The notes: generated by a model not told the origin, from the letters alone. Positions 52,596 through 64,000 are shown, counted from the first letter of the stretch. The stretch is 64,000 bases of DNA from Octopus sinensis (GCF_006345805.1 NC_043000.1:16740001-16804000); one strand, 5' to 3'. A program made the numbers and translations.

Positions 52596-53040
52596 GTTAG
52601 TTAGTTAATTTTGGCTCAAAAGCAAATAGCAAGGCCATGTAGGGGGACATGGAGTTAAGTACAGGGTGGTGTTCATGTAAAGAGTTCAGGCCACTTGAGG
52701 TCAAGGGAGATTTTGAACCGAGCGGTCGTCGGCATCTTCACCATCTCGTCTGGCAGCTTGTTCCACGGATCTGCAACCCGGACGGAGAAAGCTCCTCTCC
52801 TTCGATTGAGATGGAATCGTCGCAGGTAGAGCTTTTCGGAATGACCCCGCAGCCGACGCTCTGGAGCAGGAGTGAAGAACAGCTCTTTCGAGAGGTTACA
52901 CTTTCCGCTTATGATGTTGTGAGCGAGAATGAGATCACCACGGCGGCGGCGGCGTTTTTCTAGAGAATAAAGGTCGAGCGTCCTCAGCCTTTCTTCATAA
53001 GACAAATTTTTGAGACCATGAACCATGCGGGTAGCCATGT
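52596..53040 (-). mobile_element. 5'-truncated CR1-clade LINE (ORF2 C-terminus, 3' UTR, TAAC tail)
   Basis: ORF 52673-53038 reads LSYEERLRTLDLYSLEKRR...GDLI...RGHSEKL...RVADPWNKLP, typical of CR1. Confidence 0.9.
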
Positions 53041-54078
53041 ATATATCAACAGGGTAAATATGCCATCTGACATTACACGGACATAAACTTCCACTGTCAC
53101 CGCCATCAGTTTCAGTCTTGCATAGTTAAAACAAAGTTTGGCCAAAAGAAGAAAGAAAAACATGATGTATTTCGGAATGGTCATTTTGCCAGTTTAGCCA
53201 ATAAAAACACACGCACTATATATTTGGTGTTACTTTGCTTCAGCATTATTTATTTTTTACATTAATCTTAATCTTATTTTGGCCAGAGTTCTTTTGTCAC
53301 ACTTCTGTGACCTCATCAGTGGTCCTTTGCTTTCTTCTTTCTTATTTGTGTGTCTCTCCTTACTAACGGTCAGCCATTTTGTATTTTGTATTCCTATCGT
53401 ATGTGTCTTCATTTGCGTATACGTATACCTCTATGTGTGTCTATGTTTAGTTATACATGTGGATGTAGATTTTGATAAATTTTAGCTTTGAATAAATTAA
53501 GACATAACATACGATGAAAAATATTTGGAAGTTGGAGGTCACTCTTTTTCTCCATACTGAAATTTCTGCACCATATTTATACATATTTTCAGTAAAAATG
53601 TGCTGTTTGTAGGAGAGATTTTTCTCCAAAACTGATGAACTATGTTTCAGTAGCATTCATTATGGCAATGCAGTGGCTTTTAGAACTGTATTAAAGCACC
53701 TATCAGCAAATGTTATAAGTACTGTATCTTGTTGATAGATTCATTACAACAGCTAACATTTACAGTTCAAAATTCCTGGAAGTCTTTAATTATTTCATTT
53801 AACACTTAAGTTACATTTGAAGGAATTTACAAATTTGGTTAACCCTGCCAAGTCATGTTCCTGCTACAGTGGGAATAGCTTAAATGTCATCTCTGCTGGA
53901 TTCCTACTAAAGCAGACATGAACAACACACGTAGAAAAAGAAGACAAAATACTAAAAAAAACAGACAACTGATCACATTGCAGCCTTGTAGTTAAGTGTG
54001 TTTATGACTTGTTAATGGTGTCCCCCATAGATGTTGTTTACTTTTGTTTTTAATAATAATAATAATATAATAATAATA

Positions 54079-54486
54079 GGCGCAGGAGTGGCTGTGTGGT
54101 AAGTAGCTTGCTAACCAACCACATGGTTCCGGGTTCAGTCTCACTGCGTGGCATCTTGGGCAAGTGTCTTCTGCTATAGTCCCGGGCCAATCAATGCCTT
54201 GTGAGTGGATTTGGTAGACGGAAACTGAAAGAAGCCTGTCGTATATATGTATATATATGTATGTGTGTGTGTTTGTGCGTCTGTGTTTGTCCCCCTAGCA
54301 TTGCTTGACAACCGATGCTGGTGTGTTTACGTCCCCGTCACTTAGCGGTTCGGCAAAAGAGACCGATAGAATAAGTACTGGGCTTACAAAAGAATAAGTC
54401 CCGGGGTCGAGTTGCTCGACTAAAGGCGGTGCTCCAGCATGGCTGCAGTCAAATGACTGAAACAAGTAAAAGAGTAAAGAGAGAGA
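54079..54486 (+). mobile_element. SINE family B, full copy; partial copies at 9386-9465, 46369-46530, 47690-47890, 55690-56041 and 58140-58520
   Basis: Same head, core and tail as 8321-8719. Confidence 0.85.
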
Positions 54487-54828
54487 ATAATAAAAATAAA
54501 AAAACAAAACAAAAAAAAACCCCCAACTCTGCAATGAAATGAAAGTGTGATGAGCCCAGCACTTCATCTTGTAAACGAGCAAGGCCTAGACGCTTTGCAG
54601 TTGAGGGAATTATTTATGATATTTATTCTTTGGACAAAGAGTTTACACTTAAGCCGGCAATGAGAGTGATTCAGACAATCAAAAAATTGCTGAAAGTGAT
54701 GCGGAAAGTAGTGATTTGGGTGAACAAATACAGTAGTTGTGAGAGAGGCATATTACAGTTATTTCCCTGAATTTTTTTTTTTTTGTCATTCTGTCTATTA
54801 GTTTTGTCTGTAATTGTTACTCTTGAGC

Positions 54829-55124
54829 GGCAATCTTACGGTTCTAGTATACTTTACGTCAACTGACCACGTGTATTTGTTTATATATGATCGTTGATTT
54901 CCGTAAAAAACTTTTATTTTTTTACATTTATTTTTTAAATATGGGCTTGGGGTTAGGGTTAGTGTCCTAACCGTAACCCTAACCCAAAGATCCCATTTCC
55001 CCCAACCCCATATGTAAAAAAATAAATGTAAAAAAATAAAAGTTTTTTACGGAAATCGACGATCATATATAAACAAATACACATGGTCAGTTGACGTAAA
55101 GTATACTAGAACCGTAAGATTGCC
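54829..55124. mobile_element. Foldback MITE with 9-bp TSD (Merlin- or Mutator-like)
   Basis: TSD ctcttgagc at 54820-54828 and 55125-55133; about 117-bp inverted arms starting GGCAATCTTACGG; centre contains ttaggg/taaccc. Confidence 0.85.
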
Positions 55125-55789
55125 CTCTTGAGCTGTATATGCAACTATTTATTTCTTTTTTTGTTCATGAGCCCCAGTGGAAGGTAAAGTTATACACAGA
55201 GGCCCAGGTCTGAGAGGGTTAATGGATTATTCAGTCAGCTTCCCTATTTAGTCACAGCATAACAGACTGAAGATCAAAAGAAAGGATTTCAACAGAAACC
55301 CCCCTTTTTTTCGATTACTCTAACACACATACTAGCCCTTCCTTGCTAGGCAGATGAATTTTTTTTCTCCATCCATTCAAAGGAAGTTTCTAGGCTGTAA
55401 TAACACAATTTGAAACAGACCCCCTAATAAAAATAACCTAAGACATATGCTTAGTCTTGGGGGTCATCTAGAGTTTACTTGATTACTCTATTTTAACGCT
55501 CAGTCAAAGTACACTGGGGGTACCCAACAACAATAACCACAGCACTGATATTACTTACAGTGGACATTCCAATATTATAAACTGCCGAAATAAGGATAGT
55601 GACAACTGCATAACCATTGTAAAATATTGATACTTTTACAAGCCAGTAAGAGAGCTTCTATTGTTGTAGTTACTCAATTAAAGTGGCCCCCACTGCATGG
55701 CACCTTGGGCAAGTCTCTTATAGCCTTGGGCCGACCAAAGCCTTGTGAGTGGATTTGGTAGACGGAAACTGAAAGAAGTCCGTCGTATG

Positions 55790-55827
<38 letters not shown>

Positions 55828-57529
55828 TGTGTGTGTTTGTGTGTCTGTGTTTGTCCCCCTAGCATTGCTTGACAACCGATGCTGGTGTGTTTATGTCCCC
55901 GTTACTTAGCAGTTCGGCAAAAGAGACCAATAGAATAAGTACTGGGCTTACAAAAGAATAAGTCCCGGGGTCGAGTTACTCGATTAAAGGCGGTGCTCCA
56001 GCATGGCCGCAGTCATATGACTGAAACAAGTAAAAGAGTAAACTACTTTTAATTAATTCCCAACCATTTTTCAACTAGAGACACCATAAAGTAATGGTTT
56101 GTTGCCAACTTAATGTGGCAGTCCCAGGAAAGGGGAAAATGCTACTGCATTTTTTTAATCCCTTTCCTGGGACTGCCACATTAAGTTGGCAACAAACCAT
56201 CACTTCATCGTGCTGCTGCTGTATAAATCTCTCTCAGAGATTCAGAAATGTAATATTTCTAACGGAGACACTATGTTTTACTTTATATTTTAGGACAACA
56301 TGCTCCACAATAGCAAAGAAATGATCAAAGAAAGAAACAGTGATCAAATGCATCTATTTCCTTCTCAACCCAAAATATCCCTTTTTCTTGTGACATAATC
56401 TTGATGAAAGTCTAAAGGGAACTTCTCAAATGAATGAAGGAACTTGTGTCATGATCTGCTAAAAATGGCAACAAGATCTCTTTCAAATCATATTCTACTG
56501 ATTTAAAAAAAGGAAGATGGAATGGTCACAGTTGGAATGCCCTTTGACTATAAGTCTACTGATCTGGGGAGACAACCCTGTTATATATATATTTGTAACC
56601 TTACATATGCTGATCAAGACTATCAGTAGCCCACTTACTCTTCTGACTGTTTTTAGTTACTAACAAAATCCCTTATATGATTAGTTATCCCTGTACTGTT
56701 AATCCTTTTGATGATGACCCACCCAAGACTGCTCCTGGTTCTAAGATACAAACTCTCTGTTTAATGTCAATTAAAACCTTCCTTCAAAATTTCATGTAAA
56801 TTTATTTTCTAAACACCAGCTCAATAGATATTTGACCAAAGTCTTTATTATTTTCAAAGTAAATTGAAAACAAAGGCTGTATATTTCAACAGAAATATGA
56901 TAACAAAAGGGTTAAGTTTACTTATGCAGGGCTGACCAGAGTTTCCAAAGATTTACTAAAATGATAACTGTGTTGGAAACCCAAAAAAGAAAAAAAAAAA
57001 ACTAGTGAGCTTATTCCATTAAAAATTCTTGCATTAATTTTTTTTTCCCCACAAAAGCTGTATACAATTAGGTAAGTTTGAGATTTCTAATTCCTATAAA
57101 TTCCTCACACCAATAATTTCACACACACACACAGACACCTTTCAAGCTATTTCTATGCTCTGAATGGCAACAGAGGAGCAAAAGAGTTTAGCTAACAGTG
57201 AAGTAGGTTAGAGATCATATCTTTCTCATAACGCTACGAAAGTGAATAGTACATAGGACCTGCAGAATGTATTAAAATAATATCTCTGTTACTGGCATTG
57301 ATAAAGTATCTAGAAACCTACAAGGTATAATAATGATTCAAAAGGTAGCTTTGACTTTAGGCATCTGCAACATTTCATATATATATTTCAGGTTCATTAA
57401 CTTAAGATTGTCTAAATTGTTTTCACTGCAAAACATTACTATTTATATTTGGGAAAAAGCAGTGAGCTAGCGGAATAGTTAGCATGTTGGCCAAAATGCT
57501 TAGTGGCATTTTGTTTGTACCGACTGGCC

Positions 57530-57886
57530 TCTGTGCCGGTGGCACGTAGAAGGCACCATCTGATCATGGCCGTTGCCAGCCTCGTCTGGACTCCATGCCG
57601 GTGGCACGTAAAACGCACCATCCGATCGTGGCCGTTACCAGCCTCGCCTGGCCTCTGTGCTGGTGGCACGTGAGAAGCACCATCCGATCGTGGCCGTTTG
57701 CCAGCCTCATCTGGCACGTAAAAAGCACCCACTACACTCTCGGAGTGGTTGGCGTTAGGAAGGGCATCCAGCTGTAGAAACATTGCCAAATCAGACTGGG
57801 CCTGGTGCAGCCTTCTGGCTTCCCAGAGCCCAGTTGAACCGTCCAACCCATGCTAGCATGGAAAGCGGATGCTAAACGATGATGAT
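57530..57886 (+). mobile_element. RTE-tail retroposon with internal tandem repeat (~60-65 bp units); family also at 34700-35040, 38230-38385, 46545-46700, 49743-49897 (+) and 52230-52500 (-)
   Basis: Shared ggagtggttggcgttaggaagggcatccagctgtagaaac...catgctagcatggaaagcgg...(GAT)n end; repeated ggcctctgtgccggtggcacgt...caccatccgatc units. Confidence 0.75.
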
Positions 57887-59079
57887 ACATACTTTATTAA
57901 AAAAGCAGCAGAAATATCACAAAAACTGTTACTCAGATTTTCATTTTCCTGTTCGTTGGACAGTTTTGTTCTAAAGGAAACTGTCCGACGAATGGGAACA
58001 TGAAACTCTGAGTAAAAGTTTTTGTGATATTTCTGCTGCTTTGTAACAAAGCATATTACTCTACCTCTGGTATTTGAGTACTATTTTTTCCTTCTTGTTT
58101 TGCATTTATGTGGTTACTCTGGTGTGTGTGTGTATTTATATAGGTGCAGATGTGGCTCTGTAGTAAACAGTTTGCTTCCTAGTCACATACTTCTGGGTTC
58201 AGTTGCATTGCATGGCACCTTGGGCAATTGTCTTCTTTTATAACCTCAGGTCAACTAAAGCCTTGAGAGTGGTTTTGGCAGATGGAAACTAAAAGAAACC
58301 CATTGTGTGTTTGTTCCTAACCACTGCTCAACAACCAGTGTTGGTTTGCATACATCCCCATAACTTAGCAGTTTGGCAAAAGGGACTGATAGAATAAGTG
58401 TCATACTTTAAAAAATTAGCACTGGTAGGGGTGGGAGTGGGGGAATTCTTTTAACAAAAACCCTTCAAGGCAATGTCCCTGCATGGCTTCATTGCAACGA
58501 ATGAAGCAAGTAAAATATAAAGAATATAAGTCAACAACCCTGAGACAAATTCAATGCCACATTTCACCTAGATTTTGTTTAATGGCTGAATTATTCGGGT
58601 TATCCCCTCCGAGAAACAATTTCAGTTACAAAAAACCAATAAGAAATAATGCAGAAAATGAGGAAAAAAAATAATACAAAGTAATACTATCCACCCAAAT
58701 TTGGGTTATTGAACTTATTGTCATAAATATATTTATGTTAGTTTATAACATTAAGAGACTGAGCTGGCTGCAAATGGTTCAAGATTTTATGTTAGCTTAA
58801 AAAATAAATGTTTAGCTTATAGTAGTGTATAGCTATAAAAGGGGCTGTTGCCTGCCCAAAGCTAGTTAGATAGGCTGTATTTTTGTAGAGGCAGCAATTA
58901 ACTTCTTATATAGGCAATAAGCACACTTGCGCACTGCAGTTAATAGACACAACAAGCCTGTTGCAGAATGTACTATTTCTTTGGAAAACGGTAATTGTTT
59001 AAGGGTGGGCATGCATATGAAAACGGGTCAACTTGCATGTTGAAGCCAAAATAACAAAAACAAATGATGATGATAATAA

Positions 59080-59114
<35 letters not shown>

Positions 59115-59208
59115 ATGATTGAAGGAAAAATAAGTGAAATGGTGATCATTTTCATGCAGGTAGCTGTTGAGATCCATGCGGAGGCAGACCAGGTATACAA
59201 GCACTTAC

Positions 59209-59304
59209 GCATTTGGAGAGTTTGTCCTTCGTAATAAGGCAAATAGACATGTTGCTCTGACAAGGGCTTTCCAAACACAGGTGATTGAGGCATGAGATCG
59301 TCCC
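59209..59304 (-). CDS. Ank2: Ankyrin linker exon B (GDDLMPQSPVFGKPLSEQHVYLPYYEGQTLQM), 96 nt, phase 1 to 1; probably a cassette or internal first exon
   Basis: Acceptor ctgccttag|GG, strong donor C|GTAAGT, length divisible by 3, open frame matching exon A phase, TGCATG motifs downstream. Confidence 0.72.
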
Positions 59305-59523
59305 CTAAGGCAGCATTAAAGAGAAACATCTGAGGTGGTACAATACTAAACTGTAGGGGGTGCAACGAGCGTCGGTTAAGGGCTGTGTGTAGGGGGCTGA
59401 CAAGAGATATGCTGCAAACTGAGAGGGTTACCGTCTCATGACTAAAAGGCAATTGTTTCCCTTGCCAGCTGAGCAAGACAAGTGAACAGGGATGTAGACT
59501 CCACCCTGCTACCATTAGCGATA

Positions 59524-59715
59524 CAGTTCCAGTTTAGCCAGAGGTGACCATGAGTCAGTTCCAGTTTAGCCAGAGGTGACCATGAGTCAGTTCCAGTTTA
59601 GCCAGAGGTGACCATGAGTCAGTTCCAGTTTAGCCAGAGGTGACCAAGAGTCAGTTCCAGTTTAGCCAGAGGTGACCAAGAGTCAGTTCCAGTTTAGCCA
59701 GAGGTGACCATGAGA
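59524..59715. repeat. Minisatellite, 6 x 32 bp (cagttccagtttagccagaggtgacca(t/a)gagt)
   Basis: Units start at 59524, 59556, 59588, 59620, 59652 and 59684. Confidence 0.97.
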
Positions 59716-62557
59716 GTGCATGTTCTATGCAATCTAGACTAGACACCTAAGTATAATAGAAGCTATTCTTTCTACATAAGCACTACAGATACGTTGAAAC
59801 TATTTTAGCAATCTATAAGCACGGGGAACATATACGATAAAATTAAGGGTTAATTTGTTCCCAAATGGAAATAAGTATTTCCTACATCCTTCAGGAAATA
59901 AACTAAGTGAGTTTGAATGGCATTTAAAGGGGTATTGGATTTTAAGAAAATTAATAATAACTAGAATTTAACAGAGATTAGTTAAATTATGGTTGTATTA
60001 TTTTTTTTAATTTTTAAGAGAAGGATGAGATGGAAGGAAGTAGCTCAGTTTTATATTAGTAAAATCTGTAGTATTTTAGTGAACTCTAATTTGTTATTCA
60101 GGGATACAGAAGATCAATCAGAGAGAAATTTAGATCCAGCACCAGTTAGGCATTTAGCCAAATAGTTCAAGAAATTTAGGAAGAGGTGTGTGTTAAAAGA
60201 GGAGAGTGTATATGGATGTATACACTGCATGAACCATGATGTGTTTGTGATATTTACCAACAATGGTCACAAACTGAGGAATATATATATATAGTTTTGA
60301 TGTCTTCTCTTAACCATGTGAAAATTTAATAAAAAAAAAAATAAGAAAAGAAATCTTGAAATGACAAATGAATTAGCTGCATTAACACAAGACATCAATG
60401 TTGAACCTAAAATCAAACATTTTCTCATTAGTTTTATACATGTAAAAAAAAAGGTAAACAAAAACACCTGTAAATAGACATAATATTAAAATAGTTGAGT
60501 TTTATGTTATCAGATGTACAGTTTGTTGTTGTTATATTTACTGATCAAATTATTAACTTGCCATATTTTATTTCTGAGTTTCTGTCTATGTCATTCCAAA
60601 CAGTATAGCATAAGGTATGCGATTGAAGCTTTATTTGTAGGCAGTTAAAATACTAGAAATAGCAGTTAAATCTATTTAAAATTACAGCCCACTGTCTTAA
60701 AAAAAAAAGGTAAAAAAGGCCCTAGATATACTGGCTGAAGTAATAAAAGGCAGAATGGTCACCACTGAATGCCCTTGTTCATAGGCCAACTTATTAAAGG
60801 ATGGCCAGAGACAACAAGCTTTCAATGATATAGAACATGTTTGAAAATGATACAGCTACCAGTTAGTTCCACCAGTCAGTTTACAGCCAAGAACTCCTGC
60901 AAAATCAAGTACGATTCAGCAAAGTGTCTTGGAGACCATTTAAACTATCTAAACTTCACCAAAGTCACCCATATCTGACTTATCCATTCAACCTGCCAGG
61001 GTTGATGAAATAAGTTCAAGTACAAAGGTTGATTCAATTGGCTACTTTCACTTTCTCTCTCCAAATATGGGATCTTGGGCTTGAAGACCTCAGTGATATA
61101 GCACATACTGGAAGAGTGTTTAGAGGCGATAGAGCTATCAGTCAGTACCACTGATCAGCTCACAGCCAAAGTGTCCTGATCTTCAATAAAGTTGCCTTCA
61201 TGGACAGTTGTTGACAGGACACATGAGAAGTTAAAAACAAGGTTTACTTTATGACTCAGTAATGTGCATATATCCATTTGATTTACATAAATTTGTCATT
61301 TGAACAAATCTATGTTCATATAAATGAAGTAAAAGCTAAACTTAGCCCTGCTTCTGTTTCACATTCAACACATTGTCAGTCGACTAGAAAAAGTTCTCAA
61401 ACAATTTGTAGTTGTCACGGTGGGACAAAAAAATAGCAGGACCAAGAGAGAGGAGAATGACATTGAAAAAACATCCAGCCTTTAGTCAATAGAGTAGGCA
61501 AAACTGAAAACTACTGAATGTGGAAGAATTTTTCTTCTAATCTAATCAAACGCAGTACAAATGACCTTTGCAGGACTAATAGATTGGTGATAGAAAGGGA
61601 AGTGGAGACTGATTGTAGGGGCTACTATCAACTACTACAATCTTTGTAAAAAGCTCAAATGGAAGTGAGTGGTTCACAGATGAATCTTCAAGCAAATAGG
61701 TCAGATTTCAAAGGAGTTACTCAGGGGATTGGGCCCAAGCTTTCACAAAAGAACTAACTACTTCCACCCATACACCTTAACTATCATTGTAACATTACAT
61801 AAGGGAAAGTGCAGCAGGAAGTTGAGCATCAACACACCGAGCCATCCTCTGACTAGGTGCCTGGTATCAATACCTGCAGCAGAATGCACTTTAGCAAACA
61901 GTGCCCTTGAGCAACATGGTGAGGTTTAACTGAGAACCCATGGGTGATGAACTGAATTCACATTAGACCAATCACCCAAGGGCTCTGGTTAAGAAGAAAT
62001 TTGTTTGGAATTTTAAGGTTACTAAAATGCTTTATCTTGGAGTTATTTTAAAAAAAATCTATTTTCAAGTTTCTGACATTGTAGAAGGTTTACACAACAA
62101 CAATAAATACACATGAAAATTATTAAAAAAAAAAAAGAAGAAAATATGTAAATACAAAATTTGATATCTCCATTTATATTCTCATATTTTTACTATGTCT
62201 GTACCTTTTTTTTTATATATCTTGAAAGAAAAAAAAAATGAAAATATTGAGAGAATAACTGAAGAATTAATTTAAATATTGAACATTTATAGCATGTAGA
62301 CTAAGGAGGATAAAAAAATACGATAATTCTAATTTGAACATGATATAATTAACTGAATACTTAATGGAATAGCTTAATAGTCACAAACTATTCTTAGGAA
62401 CATTCTAAATCACAAACCATTCACAGAAACAAGCTAACAGTCACAAGACATTCACAGTAACCAATCACAGAAAATCTCAATTTGGCAATATAATTGTTCT
62501 TCAAGAAGTTATGCACTGGCCCCAAATCTCCCACAGAGGAGCTCAGTGATGGCTTAC

Positions 62558-62560
62558 CAT
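62558..62560 (-). CDS. Candidate 3-nt microexon (ATG; adds one Asp in phase 1)
   Basis: Branch-like gTAAC, a 19-nt T run, first downstream AG (tttgaaag), ATG, then a strong GTAAGC donor. Confidence 0.35.
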
Positions 62561-62741
62561 CTTTCAAATAATGGTGACAAAAAAAAAAAAAAAAAAATAA
62601 AGGTTACTATCCACAAGACTGTTTAGCAATCCTTTTCACAACAACAACACAAACAACCTAACAATTATAAATATATACATATATGTATTATGCATACATA
62701 TTTAATAAACATCCAACAGAATATATACATATATATATATA

Positions 62742-63355
62742 CTAGCTTAAAAGTTGCACTCTGTGCAGACTTTTACACCAACTCCTACAGAGGGCGAATT
62801 CAGCCTGCTGCCCTAAACTAAAGGGAGCCAAATAACATGACTAGTGTATGTCTATAATGACTATATGCCCTGGTGGTGTGTGATCAGTGGTTAAGGACAG
62901 ATGAGAATTAATTCTGTAATGCAATCATTCTATTGTTCCAGTACCAAGTTGAATTCCAACTGTTGGCCAATTTGTCCCAAAGTTCTTATCTCGACATAAA
63001 ATTAAATGAAGTAAATGTCATTCATCTCACCCCTGATCTCTGATGTCGTCTGACAAACGCCAACCAAGATGGCATGAATCAGCCAAGCTTTACCGGTTAG
63101 AAATAGTAACCCAAATGCTTTTAAATCAGAGCCCAATGCTGGATGTTCAAGAACCAGCTGAAGGGCAGATTTTCAACTGTGGGATCATCCTGGTTCCAAA
63201 AAAGTATAACATGTCTATGTAGAGCAAATATAGGCTGAGATACAGGAGTCCCAGACAGACAGACAGACGGACGGACGGACGAATGGACAGACAGACAGAC
63301 GAACAGACGGAGAGACGGCCGGCCGGCCAGGCAGAAATTGCTCTTATTATTATAG
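62742..63355 (-). mobile_element. Decayed non-autonomous Helitron
   Basis: 5' ctataataataagag...(GTCT/GTCC)n; 3' hairpin tgcacagagtgca followed by CTAGT. Confidence 0.5.
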
Positions 63356-63394
63356 GTGTAAATATATAGGAAAGACAAGCTGTGTTTAACATAC

Positions 63395-63566
63395 CTTCAT
63401 CTTCCGAGTCTGACAACATTGTCTCAGTCATGGTTTCTGGGGCAACTACTTTATACTTGTCTTCAATCGCAGGTAGTGTTTCCGTCACCTCGGTCAGATT
63501 TTTCAGCGTATCAACCACCGAAATATAGCCCAAACGCTGTGCAATTGATAGTGCTGTTTGGCCAGT
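63395..63566 (-). CDS. Ank2: Ankyrin exon A: last ANK repeat and start of linker (TGQTALSIAQRLGYISVVDTLKNLTEVTETLPAIEDKYKVVAPETMTETMLSDSEDE-G), phase 0 to 1
   Basis: Acceptor ttttcag|ACT and donor G|GTATGT; 172 nt. The xGxTALxIAxRLGYISVVDTL...PETMTE motif is the end of ANK repeat 24 in canonical ankyrins. The symbol is used loosely: this is an invertebrate co-orthologue of ANK1/2/3. Confidence 0.96.
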
Positions 63567-64000
63567 CTGAAAACATGGGTTAACGTTTCAAATGAATTAA
63601 AGGGGTGGAAAAAAAACAAAAAAGCAAGCAAATAAAATTTAAAAAAAACTGCAATAAAAACTTCTATTAATTAAATAAATTTTTGGGTGTACTTTGGTGA
63701 TATGTGTTCAGCAATAAAAAAAATCATGTGCATGTGTATGCATGGGTGTGTAACTGAAGGTATGAATGTGTGTGTCTGTGAGACAATGGTTGTATATAAC
63801 ACCAAGTCAAGTGAGAGCTGTAAATGTAGCAATGTAATAAAAATAAATGGAGGGATATGAAGACAAGGGTGGAGGGGGGAAAGCAAGACGAGAAAGGCAG
63901 AGAGAGAGAGAGAGAAGGGGAGTAGAGTGGACAAGAAGAGTGGAGTAGACACGAAAAGACTGGAGAAGGTGACAGAAGTGTTGAGTGGATGAGAGGGGAG

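Noticed and set aside
57530-57720. Regularly spaced repeats superficially like a CRISPR array (also 59524-59715)
   Set aside because: Eukaryotic intron, no unique spacers, no cas genes; these are tandem repeats.
60880-61240. Coding-looking stretch (VHEGNFIEDQDTLAVS*, ORF 60945-61151)
   Set aside because: Stops in all frames, no usable splice sites and no recognisable motif; possibly a decayed repeat.
3734-63566. Giant ankyrin exon
   Set aside because: Giant exons lie downstream of ZU5-ZU5-UPA, outside this window; no multi-kb ORF is present here.

Overview
Eukaryotic, AT-rich, microsatellite-rich intronic DNA; the SINE, RTE and CR1 repeat content suggests an octopus (inference). The whole window lies inside one minus-strand gene, a canonical ankyrin (ANK1/2/3, Drosophila Ank2, unc-44 family). 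It runs from the exon for the last ankyrin repeat (63395-63566) to the first ZU5 exon (3734-3958). Six linker exons (59.2, 41.1, 36.4, 31.7, 23.2 and 18.2 kb) join these in one phase-consistent frame (0-1-1-0-0-0-0-2-2). That gives a long, Ser/Tyr-rich ANK-ZU5 linker of about 290-320 aa. The introns also hold many frame-compatible candidate cassette exons and microexons. Five symmetric phase-2 microexons (24-42 nt) precede ZU5, a possible 3-nt microexon follows the last ANK exon, TGCATG (Rbfox) motifs lie just downstream of several exons, and there are candidate alternative first and last exons. Repeats include three tRNA-derived SINE families, CR1 and RTE LINE ends, a DD37D Tc1/mariner relic, MITEs, Helitrons and Penelope-like fragments with decayed hammerhead motifs. 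A full-length 5S rRNA-SINE chimeric retrocopy is nested in an older SINE. All exon calls come from splice signals, frame and family motifs read by eye; no transcript data were available.
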